A stretch of DNA of 63,379 bases, filler included, from Octopus bimaculoides (lineage: Eukaryota), in NCBI RefSeq assembly GCF_001194135.2. It is 6 parts of 5 records of this genome, joined end to end, with 100 filler letters (N's around TTAATTAATTAA, not from the genome) between each part and the next. Parts side by side here need not be neighbours in the genome. Positions count along the whole stretch, not along the records: positions 61,863 to 63,379 come from NW_026401744.1; 5 more parts are not named here. One strand, written 5' to 3'. Shown here piece after piece: positions 61,763 through 63,379 of the stretch. Made by a program: the position numbers and the translations under genes. Position 1 is the first letter of the stretch. The number at the start of each line of letters is the position of its first letter. The notes under the pieces were generated by a model. The model was not told the origin of the DNA and made no database searches. It was given only the letters and a program-made list of their open reading frames with translations.

Positions 61763-61862
61763 NNNNNNNNNNNNNNNNNNNNNNNNNNNNNNNNNNNNNN
61801 NNNNNNTTAATTAATTAANNNNNNNNNNNNNNNNNNNNNNNNNNNNNNNNNNNNNNNNNNNN
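61763..61862. other. Artificial scaffold-join spacer
   Basis: 44 N + TTAATTAATTAA (61807-61818) + 44 N. Confidence 0.95.
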
Positions 61863-63379
61863 TACTTTCTTCTTTGTTAATTTCTTCTTTATTTGGTTGA
61901 TGTTAAATAAATTTCTGTTGTTTTATATAGATGTTGTGTTGACGGCTGTCTCCAGACCTTATCAAATTATCTATTTCATTTGTGTAAATGACATTGCTTT
62001 TATGTTGACGTACTGATTATTTTTTTTAGAAACGTCTACAATTGTTTTGCTGAATTCATTTTTGTAGTATTTGCGGTGGAGAATGTAATTTTTTTCTATT
62101 TTAGTTTTACGAATATTGATTCTAATATTGAAAGAAATTCAAGTGAGCTCTTTTGAAGTTTTTGAAAATGTTTCTTTTTTTATTTATTAGTTGTTGCGTG
62201 TTGTGTTGTAATGAGGGCAGGAGAGGGCCGGGTTTTTTCCGTATGGTTGTCATGGCTCGATACGTAGATGAAAAATATATCTGCATTGAAACTGTTGCAG
62301 TATTAGTTGGTTTATCCCTGTGATCATGCGATTTCAACCGTGACAAACCTGATTTTTCACAAACATAGAGAAGAAAATCTATTTCGAAGACCATGTTACT
62401 TATTGGCAAATACGTAAACGCATGCGCAAGACCGAATCATTCTCACATTTAGTTCTTAGTTCTCAAAAGAATTCAAACCAATTTCTGCTCCATTCTGCCA
62501 CTATCCAATGCAGGATGTTATTTGATTTAAATTTATCTTTTCTGGGTTTTGCTATATTAGACTGTGACACCATCACTAAATCCTAATTGTCGAACTGGGA
62601 ACTTATTATTCCCAGCTGTACTTAAATGTGAAATACTTTTAGTGACATGTCGTTTTCTCAGAACTTTTACGTTTTTCTTTTCTTTCTTCCTTTTTTTTTT
62701 TTTGTAAGCGTATACGATATCAAATAAAGGTTTGAAGTAATCAACCACTTCTGCCACTGGACACCAAGTGATATATTGGAGTATGTTTCTAAGTAGGTAC
62801 TAAACGGATTAATAATGTTATTAAAAATTAGATTAAATAAAGTTTGCTATAATATATTAAAAAAAATCTTCGATATGATTAAACATTAATCTCGACAAAA
62901 ATAAAAATACAAACAAATGCGAATTATAAGTTGTCAGTTAAATATCTAAACTAATTATTGCTTAACTTTCATGTAGGAGACCAAAATTAAGGGGTTGATG
63001 AATGAGATTCACTCCCTGTTGGTTAGATAGGATCTACTCATACTGATTGCCAAAGTTATATGAATCAACATATTTCACGGCCTCTTGATATATAAGAACC
63101 CGACTTAAACTATAAGTATTCCAATACCAAAATAAGTAGATAGAGGTAATGAGAATTATGGTAGTAGTAGTCACAACAGCAATAACAACAATAATAATGA
63201 GTTCTAATTTTGACACAGCCACCAGTTTTTGAAGGGAGACGGAAGACGATTAAATCATGACTGGTACGTGACTGGTACTTATTTTATCGACCCCGAAAAG
63301 ATGAAAGGCAAAGTCGACCTCGCCGACCGCTTTGATGACATGCACTGCTCTCTCACTCAATAATAATAATAATAATAAT

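Overview
This is eukaryotic, AT-rich, microsatellite-dense DNA. The SINE/LINE repertoire suggests an octopod cephalopod; that is inference, not a database result. Five identical artificial spacers (44 N + TTAATTAATTAA + 44 N) show that six separate scaffolds were joined here: 1-25738, 25839-36747, 36848-51773, 51874-56261, 56362-61762 and 61863-63379. The only host gene I can support is staufen, as two phase-0 exons (1628-1852, most of dsRBD3 plus linker; 22447-22593, start of dsRBD4) separated by a 20.6-kb intron. That intron is packed with decayed Penelope-like, RTE, mariner, Tc1-like, piggyBac and Gypsy elements. The rest of the window is SINEs, LINE fragments, microsatellites and gaps. The most unusual object is a 447-bp element at 44829-45275. 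It has two inverted 165-bp LTRs enclosing a tRNA-Ser(GCU) primer-binding site that runs into a complete tRNA-like sequence, all flanked by a 5-bp target-site duplication. It looks like an integrated aberrant reverse-transcription product with two U3 ends. Other points of interest are several hammerhead-ribozyme-like motifs (one with an intact core at 41807-41853), a perfect 31-bp hairpin and a long inverted RTE pair in the staufen intron, and a genomic Gln (CAG) in the dsRBD3 KKxxK motif that A-to-I editing could turn into Arg.
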